Source of the DNA: Eledone cirrhosa
Taxonomy: Eukaryota
Direction of reading: 5' to 3'
NCBI GenBank assembly: GCA_964016885.1
Contig: OZ024744.1
Location: 95,294,001 to 95,358,000, forward strand
Length of the DNA: 64,000 bases
In this document: in pieces, positions 42,050 through 56,330 of the stretch
How the letters are laid out: the number at the start of each line of letters is the position of its first letter
Numbering within the stretch: position 1 is the stretch's first letter
Notes under the pieces: generated by a model
What the model was told of the DNA's origin: nothing
Seen by the model: only the letters and a program-made list of their open reading frames with translations
Database searches by the model: none
Program-made: the position numbers and the translations under genes

Positions 42050-45000
42050 CTGATGGCATGATAAAATGCAGCCATTCCACTCTGTAAAGAAGTAGTGTAA
42101 AGGCTGGTGCCATGATAAAATACACCCAGCCAACACTGTAAAGTGGTAGTGCTGGTGCCATGATAAAATACACCCAGCCAACACTGTAAAGTGGTAGTGC
42201 TGGTGCCATGATAAAATACACCCAGCCAACACTGTAAAGTGGTAGTGCTGGTGCCATGATAAAATACACCCAGCCCACTCAGTATAGAGGTAGTACTGGT
42301 GTCATGATAAAATACACCCAGCCCACTCAGTAAAGAGGTAGTACTGGTGTCATGATAAAATACACCCAGCCCACTCAGTAAAGAGGTTGTACTGGTGTCA
42401 TGATAAAATACACCCAGTCCACTCAGTAAAGAGGTAGTACAGGTGTCATGATAAAATACACCCAGCCCACTCAGTAAAGAGGTAGTACTGGTGTCATGAT
42501 AAAATACACCCAGCCTACTCAGTAAAGAGGTAGTGCTGGTGTCATGATAAAATACACCCAGCCCACTCAGTAAAGAGGTAGTATTGGTGTCATGATAAAA
42601 TACAACCAGCCCACTCAGTATGGGAGGTAGTACTGGTGTCATGATAAAATACACCCAGTCCACTCAGTAAAGAGGTAGTACTGGTGTCATGATAAAATAC
42701 ACCCAGCCCACTCAGTAAAGAGGTAGTATTGGTGTCATGATAAAATACACCCAGCCCACTCAATAAAGAGGTAGTATTGGTGTCATAATAAAATACACCC
42801 AGCCCACTCAGTAAAGAGGTAGTACTGGTGACATGATAAAAGACACCTAGCCCACTCAGTAAAGAGGTAGTGCTGGTGTCATGATAAAATACACCCAGCC
42901 CACTCAGTAAAGAGGTAGTGCTGGTGTCATGATAAAATACACCCAGCCCACTCAGTAAAGAGGTAGTGCTGGTGTCATGATAAAATGCACCTAGTCCACT
43001 CAGTAAAGAGGTTGTACTGGTGTTATGATAAAATGCACCTAGTCCACTCAGTAAAGAGGTTGTACTGGTGTTATGATAAAATACACCCAGCCCACTCAGT
43101 AAAAAGGTAGTACTGGTGTCATGATAAAATACACCCAGCCCACTCAGTAAAGAGGTAGTACTGGTGTCATGATAAAATACACCCAGCCCACTCAGTAAAG
43201 AGGTAATGCTGTTGTCATGATAAAATACACCCATCCCACTCAGTAAAGAAAGAGGTAGTGCTGGTGTCATGATAAAATACACCCAGCCCACTCAGTAAAG
43301 AGGTAATGCTGGTGTCATGATAAAATACACCCATCCCACTCAGTAAAGAGATAGTACTGGTGTCATGATAAAATACACCCAGCCCACTCAGTAAAGAGGT
43401 AGTGCTGGTGTCATGATAAAATGCACCTAGTCCACTCAGTAAAGAGGTAGTGCTGGTGTCATGATAAAATACAGCCAGTCAACACTGTAAAGTGGTAGTG
43501 CTGGTGTCATGATAAAATACAACCAGCCCACTCAGTAAAGAGGTAGTACTGGTGTCATGATAAAATACACCCAACACACTCAGTAAAGAGGTAGTACTGG
43601 TGTCATGATAAAATACACCCAGCCCACTGAGTATGGGAGGTAGTACTGGTGTGATGATAAAATACAATCTGCCTACTCAGTAAAGAGGTAGTACTGGTGT
43701 CATGATAAAATACACCCAGTCCACTCAGTAAAGAGGTAGTACAGGTGTCATGATAAAATACACCTAGCCCACTCAGTAATGAGGTAGTACTGGTGTCATG
43801 ATAAAATACACCAAGCCCACTCAGTAAAGAGGTAGTGCTGGTGTCATGATAAAATACACCCAGCCCACTCAGTAAAGAGGTAGTGCTGGTGTCATGATAA
43901 AATACACCCATCCCACTCAGTAAAGAGGTAAGGTAGTGCTGGGGTCATGATAAAATACAGCCAGTCCACTCAGTAAAGAGGTAGTGCTGGTGTCATGATA
44001 AAATACACCCAGCCCACTCAGTAAAGAGGTAGTACTGGTGTCATGATAAAATACACCCAGCCTACTCAGTAAAGAGGTAGTACTGGTGTCATGATAAAAT
44101 ACACCCAGCCCACTCAGTAAAGAGGTAGTGCTGGTGTCATGATAAAATACACCCAGCCCACTCAGTAAAGAGGTAGTACTGGTGTCATGATAAAATACAC
44201 CCAGCACACTCAGTAAACAGGTTGTACTGGTGTCATGATAAAATACACCCAGCCCACTCAATAAAGCGGTAGTATTGGTGTCATAATAAAATACACCCAG
44301 CCCACTCAGTAAAGAGGTAGTACTGGTGACATGATAAAAGACACCTAGCCCACTCAGTAAAGAGGTAAGGTAGTGCTGGGGTCATGATAAAATACACCCA
44401 GCCCACTCAGTAAAGAGGTAGTGCTGGTGTCATGATAAAATACACCCAGCCCACTCAGTAAAGAGGTAGTGCTGGTGTCATGATAAAATGCCCCTAGTCC
44501 ACTCAGTAAAGAGGTTGTACTGGTGTCATGATAAAATACACCCAGCCCACTCAGTAAAGAGGTAGTGCTGGTGTCATGATAAAATACACCCAGCCCACTC
44601 AGTAAAGAGGTAATGCTGTTGTCATGATAAAATACACCTAGCCCACTCAGTAAAGAGGTAGTGCTGGTGTCATGATAAAATACACCCAGCCCACTCAGTA
44701 AAGAGGTAGTGCTGGTGTCATGATAAAATACACCCAGCCCACTCAGTAAAGAGGTAGTACTGGTGTCATGATAAAATACACCCAGCCCACTCAGTAAAAA
44801 GGTAGTACTGGTGTCATGATAAAATACACCCAGCCCACTCAGTAAAAAGGTAGTGCTGGTGTCATGATAAAATACACCCAGCCCACTCAGTAAAGAGGTA
44901 GTGCTGGTGTCATGATAAAATACACCCTTCCCACTCAGTAAAGAGGTAGTGCTGGTGTCATGATAAAATACACCCAGCCCACTCAGTAAAGAGGTAGTAC

Positions 45001-48000
45001 TGGTGCCATGATAAAATACACCTAGCCCACTCAGTAAAGAGGTAGTGCTGGTGTCATGATAAAATACACCCAGCCCACTCAGTAAAGAGGTAGTGCTGGT
45101 GTCATGATAAAATACAGCCAGCCAACACTGTAAAGTGGTAGTGCTGGTGTCATGATAAAATACACCCAGCACACTCAGTAAAGAGGTAGTACTGGTGTCA
45201 TGATAAAATACACCCAGCCTACTCAGTAAAGAGGTAGTGCTGGTGTCATGATAAAATACACCCAGCCCACTCAGTAAAGAGGTAGTACTGGTTCCATGAT
45301 TAAATGTACCCAGTCCACTCAGTAAAGAGGTAGTACTGGTGCCATGATAAAATACAGCCAGCCCACTCAGTAAAGGGGTAGTACTGGTGTCATGATAAAA
45401 TACACCCAGTCCACTCAGTAAAGAGGTAGTACTGGTGTCATGATAAAATACACCCAGCCCACTCAGTAAAGAGGTAGTACTGGTGTCATGATAAAATACA
45501 CCCAGCCCACTCAGTAAAGAGGTAGTGCTGGTGTCATGATAAAATACACCCAGCCCACTCAGTAAAGAGGTAGTGCTGGTGTCATGATAAAATACACCCA
45601 GCCCACTCAGTAAAGTGGTAGTGCTGGTGTCATGATAAAATACACCCATCCCACTCAGTAAAGAGGTAGTGCTGGTGTCATGATAAAATACACCCAGCCC
45701 ACTCAGTAAAGAGGTAGTACTGGTGCCATGATAAAATACACCCAGCCCACTCAGTAAAGAGGTAGTACTGGTGCCATGATAAAATACACCTAGCCCACTC
45801 AGTAAAGAGGTAGTGCTGGTGTCATGATAAAATACACCCAGCCCACTCAGTAAAGAGGTAGTACTGGTGTCATGATAAAATAGACCCAGCCCACTCAGTA
45901 AAGAGGTAGTACTGGTGTCATGATAAAATACACCCAGCCCACTCAGTAAAGAGGTAGTGCTGGTGTCATGATAAAATACACCCAGCCCACTCAGTAAAGA
46001 GGTAGTGCTGGTGTCATGATAAAATGCACCTAGTCCACTCAGTAAAGAGGTTGTACTGGTGTTATGATAAAATGCACCTAGTCCACTCAGTAAAGAGGTT
46101 GTACTGGTGTTATGATAAAATACACCCAGCCCACTCAGTAAAAAGGTAGTACTGGTGTCATGATAAAATACACCCAGCCCACTCAGTAAAGAGGTAGTAC
46201 TGGTGTCATGATAAAATACACCCAGCCCACTCAGTAAAGAGGTAATGCTGTTGTCATGATAAAATACACCCATCCCACTCAGTAAAGAAAGAGGTAGTGC
46301 TGGTGTCATGATAAAATACACCCAGCCCACTCAGTAAAGAGGTAATGCTGGTGTCATGATAAAATACACCCATCCCACTCAGTAAAGAGATAGTACTGGT
46401 GTCATGATAAAATACACCCAGCCCACTCAGTAAAGAGGTAGTGCTGGTGTCATGATAAAATGCACCTAGTCCACTCAGTAAAGAGGTAGTGCTGGTGTCA
46501 TGATAAAATACAGCCAGTCAACACTGTAAAGTGGTAGTGCTGGTGTCATGATAAAATACAACCAGCCCACTCAGTAAAGAGGTAGTACTGGTGTCATGAT
46601 AAAATACACCCAACACACTCAGTAAAGAGGTAGTACTGGTGTCATGATAAAATACACCCAGCCCACTGAGTATGGGAGGTAGTACTGGTGTGATGATAAA
46701 ATACAATCTGCCTACTCAGTAAAGAGGTAGTACTGGTGTCATGATAAAATACACCCAGTCCACTCAGTAAAGAGGTAGTACAGGTGTCATGATAAAATAC
46801 ACCTAGCCCACTCAGTAATGAGGTAGTACTGGTGTCATGATAAAATACACCAAGCCCACTCAGTAAAGAGGTAGTGCTGGTGTCATGATAAAATACACCC
46901 AGCCCACTCAGTAAAGAGGTAGTGCTGGTGTCATGATAAAATACACCCATCCCACTCAGTAAAGAGGTAAGGTAGTGCTGGGGTCATGATAAAATACAGC
47001 CAGTCCACTCAGTAAAGAGGTAGTGCTGGTGTCATGATAAAATACACCCAGCCCACTCAGTAAAGAGGTAGTACTGGTGTCATGATAAAATACACCCAGC
47101 CTACTCAGTAAAGAGGTAGTACTGGTGTCATGATAAAATACACCCAGCACACTCAGTAAACAGGTTGTACTGGTGTCATGATAAAATACACCCAGCCCAC
47201 TCAATAAAGCGGTAGTATTGGTGTCATAATAAAATACACCCAGCCCACTCAGTAAAGAGGTAGTACTGGTGACATGATAAAAGACACCTAGCCCACTCAG
47301 TAAAGAGGTAAGGTAGTGCTGGGGTCATGATAAAATACACCCAGCCCACTCAGTAAAGAGGTAGTGCTGGTGTCATGATAAAATACACCCAGCCCACTCA
47401 GTAAAGAGGTAGTGCTGGTGTCATGATAAAATGCCCCTAGTCCACTCAGTAAAGAGGTTGTACTGGTGTCATGATAAAATACACCCAGCCCACTCAGTAA
47501 AGAGGTAGTGCTGGTGTCATGATAAAATACACCCAGCCCACTCAGTAAAGAGGTAATGCTGTTGTCATGATAAAATACACCTAGCCCACTCAGTAAAGAG
47601 GTAGTGCTGGTGTCATGATAAAATACACCCAGCCCACTCAGTAAAGAGGTAGTGCTGGTGTCATGATAAAATACACCCAGCCCACTCAGTAAAGAGGTAG
47701 TACTGGTGTCATGATAAAATACACCCAGCCCACTCAGTAAAAAGGTAGTACTGGTGTCATGATAAAATACACCCAGCCCACTCAGTAAAAAGGTAGTGCT
47801 GGTGTCATGATAAAATACACCCAGCCCACTCAGTAAAGAGGTAGTGCTGGTGTCATGATAAAATACACCCTTCCCACTCAGTAAAGAGGTAGTGCTGGTG
47901 TCATGATAAAATACACCCAGCCCACTCAGTAAAGAGGTAGTACTGGTGCCATGATAAAATACACCTAGCCCACTCAGTAAAGAGGTAGTGCTGGTGTCAT

Positions 48001-49600
48001 GATAAAATACACCCAGCCCACTCAGTAAAGAGGTAGTGCTGGTGTCATGATAAAATACAGCCAGCCAACACTGTAAAGTGGTAGTGCTGGTGTCATGATA
48101 AAATACACCCAGCACACTCAGTAAAGAGGTAGTACTGGTGTCATGATAAAATACACCCAGCCTACTCAGTAAAGAGGTAGTGCTGGTGTCATGATAAAAT
48201 ACACCCAGCCCACTCAGTAAAGAGGTAGTACTGGTTCCATGATTAAATGTACCCAGTCCACTCAGTAAAGAGGTAGTACTGGTGCCATGATAAAATACAG
48301 CCAGCCCACTCAGTAAAGGGGTAGTACTGGTGTCATGATAAAATACACCCAGTCCACTCAGTAAAGAGGTAGTACTGGTGTCATGATAAAATACACCCAG
48401 CCCACTCAGTAAAGAGGTAGTACTGGTGTCATGATAAAATACACCCAGCCCACTCAGTAAAGAGGTAGTGCTGGTGTCATGATAAAATACACCCAGCCCA
48501 CTCAGTAAAGAGGTAGTGCTGGTGTCATGATAAAATACACCCAGCCCACTCAGTAAAGTGGTAGTGCTGGTGTCATGATAAAATACACCCATCCCACTCA
48601 GTAAAGAGGTAGTGCTGGTGTCATGATAAAATACACCCAGCCCACTCAGTAAAGAGGTAGTACTGGTGCCATGATAAAATACACCCAGCCCACTCAGTAA
48701 AGAGGTAGTACTGGTGCCATGATAAAATACACCTAGCCCACTCAGTAAAGAGGTAGTGCTGGTGTCATGATAAAATACACCCAGCCCACTCAGTAAAGAG
48801 GTAGTACTGGTGTCATGATAAAATAGACCCAGCCCACTCAGTAAAGAGGTAGTACTGGTGTCATGATAAAATAGACCCAGCCCACTCAGTAAAGAGGTAG
48901 TGCTGGTGTCATGATAAAATACACTCAGTTATAACACAGTAAAGAGGTTGTACTGGTGTCATGATAAAATACACCCATCCCACTCAGTAAAGAGGTAGTG
49001 CTGGTGTCATGATAAATTACACCCAGCCCACTCAGTAAAGAGGTAGTACTGGTGTCATGATAAAATAGACCCAACCCACTCAGTAAAGAGGTAGTACTGG
49101 TGTCATGATAAAATACACCCAGTAATCACACAGTAAAGAGGTAGTACTGGTGTCATGATAAAATACACCCAGCCCACTCAGTAAAGTGGTAGTGCTGGTG
49201 TCATGATAAAATACACCCATCCCACTCAGTAAAGAGGTAGTGCTGGTGTCATGATAAAATACACCCAGCCCACTCAGTAAAGAGGTAGTACTGGTGCCAT
49301 GATAAAATACACCCAGCCCACTCAGTAAAGAGGTAGTGCTGGTGTCATGATAAAATACACCCAGCCCACTCAGTAAAGAGGTAGTGCTGGTGTCATGATA
49401 AAATACAACCAGCCCACTCAGTAAAGAGGTAGTGCTGGTGTCATGATAAAATACACCCAGTAATCACTCAGTAAAGTGGGAGTGCCAGGGCTGTAATAAA
49501 ATGTACCCTGCCCACAATGTAAAGTAGTTGTGCTGGTGTCAAGAAAAAATTCATGCAACCTACTTTATAATGTTGTTGTGTTGGTGCCACAATAAAATGC
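42050..49600 (+). repeat. 48-bp satellite (about 155 copies), GGTGTCATGATAAAATACACCCAGCCCACTCAGTAAAGAGGTAGT(A/G)CT
   Basis: 48-bp period (16-aa repeat in the spurious minus-strand ORFs). Ends in an RTE-type tail at about 49600-49765. Confidence 0.97.
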
Positions 49601-49873
49601 ATCCAGTACACACTGTAAAGTGGTTGGCATTAGGATATGGACATAAAAACCAGCCATGGAAACCATTGCCAGAGCGAGACATGGTCGTCTGAACTGTCTA
49701 ATCTCAGACTGTGACAACCCATTTAAAACCATGTCAGCGTGGAAAATGGACATAAAACGATGTTATAGCTTCTGTGTATTAAGAGTTTAAAGGTAAATAT
49801 CATCATCATCATCATCATTATCATCATCATCGTTGTCATTGTCGTCATCATCATAATTACCACCTCCACAACT

Positions 49874-49915
<42 letters not shown>

Positions 49916-50130
49916 GCTATCGTCAATGCAAAAAAGCACCCAGTTGACACTGTAATGTGGTTAGTGTTAGGAAGTAGAATCCTGTAAAAAACCAAGTGAA
50001 AAACAGACCCATATGAGTAAGACATGGTCACCTGACCTGTCTAGCCTCATAATGTGACAACCCATCTAACCCATGCAAGTATGAGAAAGAGACATTAAAC
50101 GGTGTTGATGGTGGTGGTGATGGTGGTATA
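49600..50130 (+). mobile_element. Two decayed RTE-type 3' tails separated by a (CAT)n tract
   Basis: CACACTGTAAAGTGGTTGGCATTAGG...CATGTCAGCGTGGAAAATGGAC and CACTGTAATGTGGTTAGTGTTAGGAAG...CCCATGCAAGTATG. Confidence 0.65.
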
Positions 50131-50274
50131 AATATACTCAGTTTAAACCAAACCACTTTCTTGTTTCTCATGTTTAAATGTTATTAATACTAATAATGTG
50201 TCTATTACACATATATATCTTTATATATACATTTATTTATTTGTTTATTCATTCATTTATGTATTTTTTTTTAG

Positions 50275-50359
50275 TTCTTCCTGTGAATTCAAATTCTCTA
50301 AATACAGAGAAGCTGTGTAAACCAACGCCAAGCTTAACTCCGAAGATAAAATCAAAGAC
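50275..50359 (+). CDS. TOGARAM1: TOGARAM1-like exon 7: (V)LPVNSNSLNTEKLCKPTPSLTPKIKSK(T)
   Basis: Acceptor tttttttag|TT (phase 1) and donor AC|gtaagt (phase 2). Confidence 0.8.
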
Positions 50360-50504
50360 GTAAGTAATTAGATACATGCATGACATGTAGGCTGTGCTCC
50401 AACATGGCTTAACCACGATGGTTAAAACAAACTAAAGCACTAAAGTAATACAAAAAAAAAAATGGCTCTTTTCGTTGGAGATTGACATTAAGACACATTT
50501 TGGT

Positions 50505-50915
50505 CACAAATGACCAACAGTTTTTGCACCTAGAAAGTTCTCCCTCCGAAACACAATCTTGGGCAAGGTGTTGTTTGTGGAAGGCCAGGAGCCGCCCATA
50601 CATACCAGTCTCCCCTCTCCATGCCACTGATTTGTCCAAGGGAAAGGTAAAAGCCAATATAACTTAGAACCAGTGACATCACAACTAATATATACACTAT
50701 ACATACACTATGTATACATTATGTATACACTATATATGATGTTGTCCAAGGGAAAAGCAAAGGTTGATACAACTTGGCACCTTTGACATTGCAACTAATA
50801 TACACACACACTATATATATATATATATACACTATGTATACATTGTATATCATATATACACTATACATGATGTCCAAGGGAAAGGCAAAGGCCGATACAG
50901 CTTAACACCAATATC
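50505..50915. mobile_element. SINE-like tail fragment with a locally triplicated segment GTCCAAGGGAAA(G/A)G
   Basis: Three copies at about 50634, 50744 and 50872, separated by TA/CA-rich spacers. Confidence 0.55.
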
Positions 50916-50934
50916 AAGTACTCCTTACAGTTGT

Positions 50935-51140
50935 AAGGAGTACTCTTTTTATGCAGCTGTCATCCTTCATACGCATCACATGTCCATACCAACGCAACCT
51001 CCTCTCCTGCACACAGCATTTTATTCCTCTTATGCTCAGTCTCTCTCTCAATTCATTTATGCTTTGCCGTTCACGTATATTACTATTACACATAAATCAG
51101 AGCATGCAGGCTTCGTTTCTTTCTAATCTACGCAAGTCTT
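50935..51140 (-). mobile_element. RTE LINE ORF fragment, antisense
   Basis: Reverse-complement homologue of about 32750-32950 (RRLRWYGHVMRM region). Confidence 0.85.
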
Positions 51141-51146
51141 ATATAT

Positions 51147-53708
51147 ATTATACATACAAAATAAACATGTAATATACATACTAAATAAACATGTAATATA
51201 CATACAAAATATACATGTAATATACATACTAAATAAACATGTAATATACATACAAAATAAACATGTAATATACATACTAAATATACATGTAATATACATA
51301 CAAAATATACATGTAATATACATACAAAATAAACATATAATATACATACTAAATAAACATGTAATATACATACAAAATAAACATATAATATACATACAAA
51401 ATATACATGTAATATACATACAAAATATACATGTAATATACATACTAAATAAACATGTAATATACATACTAAATAAACATGTAATATACATACAAAATAA
51501 ACATGTAATATACATACAAAATAAACATGTAATATACATACAAAATAAACATAATATACATACAAAATAAACATGTAATATACATACAAAATAAACATGT
51601 AATATACATACAAAATATACATGTAATATACATACAAAATATACATGTAATATACATACTAAATAAACATGTAATATACATAATAAATAAACATGTAATA
51701 TACATACAAAATATACATGTAATATACATACTAAATAAACATGTAATATACATACTAAATAAACATGTAATATACATACAAAATATACATGTAATATACA
51801 TACAAAATATACATGTAATATACATACAAAATATACATGTAATATACATACTAAATAAACATGTAATATACATACTAAATAAACATGTAATATACATACA
51901 AAATAAACATGTAATATACATACAAAATAAACATGTAATATACATACAAAATAAACATATAATATACATACAAAATAAACATGTAATATACATACAAAAT
52001 AAACATGTAATATACATACAAAATATACATGTAATATACATACAAAATAAACATATAATATACATACAAAATAAACATGTAATATACATACAAAATATAC
52101 ATGTAATATACATACAAAATATACATGTAATATACATACAAAATATACATGTAATATACATACTAAATAAACATGTAATATACATACTAAATAAACATGT
52201 AATATACATACAAAATATACATGTAATATACATACAAAATATACATGTAATATACATACAAAATATACATGTAATATACATACTAAATAAACATGTAATA
52301 TACATACTAAATAAACATGTAATATACATACTAAATAAACATGTAATATACATACAAAATAAACATGTAATATACATACAAAATAAACATGTAATATACA
52401 TACAAAATAAACATATAATATACATACAAAATAAACATGTAATATACATACAAAATAAACATGTAATATACATACAAAATAAACATATAATATACATACA
52501 AAATAAACATGTAATATACATACAAAATAAACATGTAATATACATACAAAATAAACATGTAATATACATACAAAATATACATGTAATATACATACTAAAT
52601 AAACATGTAATATACATACTAAATAAACATGTAATATACATACAAAATATACATGTAATATACATACAAAATATACATGTAATATACATACAAAATATAC
52701 ATGTAATATACATACTAAATAAACATGTAATATACATACTAAATAAACATGTAATATACATACAAAATAAACATGTAATATACATACAAAATAAACATGT
52801 AATATACATACAAAATATACATGTAATATACATACTAAATAAACATGTAATATACATACTAAATAAACATGTAATATACATACAAAATATACATGTAATA
52901 TACATACAAAATATACATGTAATATACATACAAAATATACATGTAATATACATACTAAATAAACATGTAATATACATACTAAATAAACATGTAATATACA
53001 TACAAAATAAACATGTAATATACATACAAAATAAACATGTAATATACATACAAAATAAACATATAATATACATACAAAATAAACATGTAATATACATACA
53101 AAATAAACATGTAATATACATACAAAATAAACATATAATATACATACAAAATAAACATGTAATATACATACAAAATAAACATAATATACATACAAAATAA
53201 ACATGTAATATACATACAAAATAAACATGTAATATACATACAAAATAAACATATAATATACATACAAAATATACATGTAATATACATACAAAATATACAT
53301 GTAATATACATACAAAATATACATGTAATATACATACTAAATAAACATGTAATATACATACAAAATAAACATGTAATATACATACAAAATAAACATATAA
53401 TATACATACAAAATAAACATGTAATATACATACAAAATAAACATGTAATATACATACAAAATAAACATGTAATATACATACAAAATAAACATATAATATA
53501 CATACAAAATAAACATGTAATATACATACAAAATAAACATGTAATATACATACAAAATAAACATGTAATATACATACAAAATAAACATGTAATATACATA
53601 CAAAATAAACATATAATATACATACAAAATAAACATATAATATACATACTAAATATACATGTAATATACATACAAAATAAACATGTAATATACATACAAA
53701 ATATACAT
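51147..53708. repeat. 24-bp AT-rich satellite (about 106 copies), AATATACATACAAAATA(A/T)ACATGT
   Basis: 24-bp period (8-aa repeats in the spurious ORFs), with occasional 22-bp units. Confidence 0.97.
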
Positions 53709-53731
53709 TCGATGGGGTTTTATATTTACAG

Positions 53732-53860
53732 ACATGTTTCAGAAAATGAAAACAATCAAGCACTGAGAAGCTGTGACATGAGTCAAGCTCTAGAGAATTC
53801 TGTCTCAGTGCCAATACTAGGAATTGATGAACTGCAACAAAAGTTAAGTCAAGATGACTG
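53732..53860 (+). CDS. TOGARAM1: TOGARAM1-like exon 8: HVSENENNQALRSCDMSQALENSVSVPILGIDELQQKLSQDD(W), start of TOG domain
   Basis: Acceptor tttacag|A (phase 2) and donor TG|gtaatg (phase 2). The split TG+G codon forms the conserved Trp of the first TOG HEAT-repeat loop. Confidence 0.85.
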
Positions 53861-55023
53861 GTAATGATTATGTTTCTTAATATTATATATATATATATAT
53901 TTTGTTTTTTTTCTTTTTTTCATTTTTGTACTTTTGTGTCAGGGTAGCTAGTCTAGTCAATGATGGTGTTTAATCTAAAGTCTAAAGCAGTGTTTCCCAA
54001 CGTGGGCGCTAGTACCCCCTTGTGGGTGCTGTTGTGTTGAAAGGCAACACTGGAAGTTTTTATTTTATTGGGGGGGAGGGCGGTGAATATACTCAGGTGG
54101 ATGGTGGGCATTTATCCAATTTTTTAAAAAACTTTTTTTTCAAATTTTCAAAATTTAAAAAAAACACTTTTTCCACGTTGGCGACACCAAGCGAATTCCT
54201 GGTACCATGTATAACTGGTGTCACTAAAGTGAAACCCCTCAAAAGAAAAACAAAGAACAGATGAATGGTGACAGATGACTAAAAGCCAAAAAAAAAACCA
54301 ATGAATAAAAGCGAAAAGCTGAAAGTATTTGTGTGCAAATATATAAAGAATGGTGGTCAGAATTTTGGATGAAACTAGCTTTTGGGAGTAGCTGATATGT
54401 ATGTGTTTGTGTATGTTTGTTTGTATATGATTGCATGTATGTGAGTGTGCTGCTGTTTTGAATTCCTTTCTGCGATTAAACTTAAATTGACCCCTGGTGA
54501 TTAAAGACCCAACCACGCATGTGCACGCACGCGCACACACACATACACACACATTTGTTTTAGGTTTTGTACCCATTAGAAACTGTGGCCATACGCCAGA
54601 TAACGTGGTAAGTCTTATGAATTCAGTATCTTATGCGGTAGCCATATATATATATATATATATAGCAGAGTATAAAAGTTTTAATATAGATGAGATTCTA
54701 CAGGACTAGAACTGTTTCATTCATTAGAAAAAATGAAATATGTTGAGCCTCATCATTATCTTTTCACTTCAGCTCATGTGTTAGTGGCAAATTTTTTCTT
54801 ATTTGTAAATGGTCATTAAAACTATCGCCTTGTCCTTTGTTTATTTGTTGCTGTCCCTTGTGTACTAGAGCCAGTGGTATCGATCATAAATACTGAAACA
54901 ACATGTATCTAGTGGTCAACTGATGAGATGGGACTGTCTGTATTCGTTCATTTTCCTGCCTTTGTCCATATTTTTTATTCATATATATATATATTTATTA
55001 AAATATATATATATATTTATTAA

Positions 55024-55060
<37 letters not shown>

Positions 55061-55170
55061 ATATATATATTTATTAAAATAACAGATTTGCTCTACGGTT
55101 CTTATATATTTGATATATATTTATCCTTATCGAGCCCTCTTTGGATTTTAGTCTTGAAATTTATTATTAT

Positions 55171-55224
<54 letters not shown>

Positions 55225-55226
<2 letters not shown>

Positions 55227-56330
55227 TAATAATCACCATCATCACTGATTAACCTCCATTTTTCCACGCTAACATGGGTTAGACGAGTTGTCCCATTGAT
55301 AGACAAGCCAGGTCAGATGACCATGTCTTACTCATACAGAACTGATTTAAACTTGGTTTCTTTGGCTGGATGCCCTTCCTATCATCAACCACATTTACTG
55401 TGTGGGATGGGTGTTTTTTGTTGTGTCATCTACACAACCACTTTCAGAGTGGGCTTTTTGTCGTGACACCTACATGACCACTGTATAGTGTGGCCTGGGC
55501 GCTTTTTGTCATGTACCATCTCAACTACTTATCAGTGTGGGCTGGGGACTTGGGTGGGGTGAGGTGTGTGGGGATTGGGGAGGTGGATCTATGGACGTGT
55601 GTGAGGGACTGTGTTAAGACGTGGGTGGAGTATGGAATATTAGGATGTGGGAGATGCAGGAGTGAGGGATGTTGCCAAATGGAGAGGTGTTAGAACGTGG
55701 AGGTGTATGGAAGGGGGAGGGGAAGATAATGCATGCAAGATGTATGCTGCAACCCATGCACATGGGAGGGCAAGTCTTCTATATTATTTCATATAGCCAG
55801 AGATCTCGATCCTGTGTCATTGCCTTTAAGAGATGCAATTGTGCAAGGTCAGCTTTTATCACCTCATCCCAAGTCTTCCAGCACCATAGCTTTGAGTGCC
55901 CTGCACCTTTTTATACCACTGTCATCCTTCATATGCATCACATATCCACACCAACACATTCTCCTCTCCTTCACACTGCATCTGATCCCCATTATACCCA
56001 GTTTCTCTCTCGGTTCATTTATAATTTGCCGTTCATGTATATTACTATTACGCATCCATCGAAGCATTGAAGCTTTTCAATCTTTGTAGGTCCTCTGCAC
56101 ATAGTGCCTGAATGTCACTACCATGCAACATTGCTGTTTGTATACATGCATCATACAATCTGCCCTTCATTTTGAGGGTAAAACCTTCTGTGGTTAGCAG
56201 CAGTTGTAGCTCCTTGAACTTTCAGAATCCCATTCTCACTCTGGCTACAGTACTTTCAGAATACCCACCTCCACTGTTAATCTGGTCACCCAGGTAGGGG
56301 AAAATATCAACCCCTTCTACCGATTCTGGA
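55225..56330 (-). mobile_element. Decayed RTE LINE 3' portion, antisense (ORF remnant, 3'UTR and tail)
   Basis: Minus-strand MLRWMRNSNIHERQIINEPREKLGIMGIRCSVKERRMCWCGYVMHM, plus a YLGDQI motif near 56290. The 3'UTR holds two to three copies of the 48-bp unit. Confidence 0.88.

Noticed and set aside
42016-48592. Long minus-strand ORFs (up to 658 aa) with LLSGLGVFYHDTSTTS repeats
   Set aside because: A 48-bp unit is divisible by three and lacks a stop in one frame. Frames break at indels, there is no unique domain, and the unit derives from a LINE 3'UTR.
51123-53814. 733-aa and 781-aa hydrophobic ORFs
   Set aside because: Translations of the 24-bp satellite in several overlapping frames, antisense to a real exon.
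53988-54495. hAT-type element (CAGTGTTTCCCAAC...CCCCTG)
   Set aside because: Only the left end resembles a hAT terminus. No matching right TIR or 8-bp target-site duplication was found.
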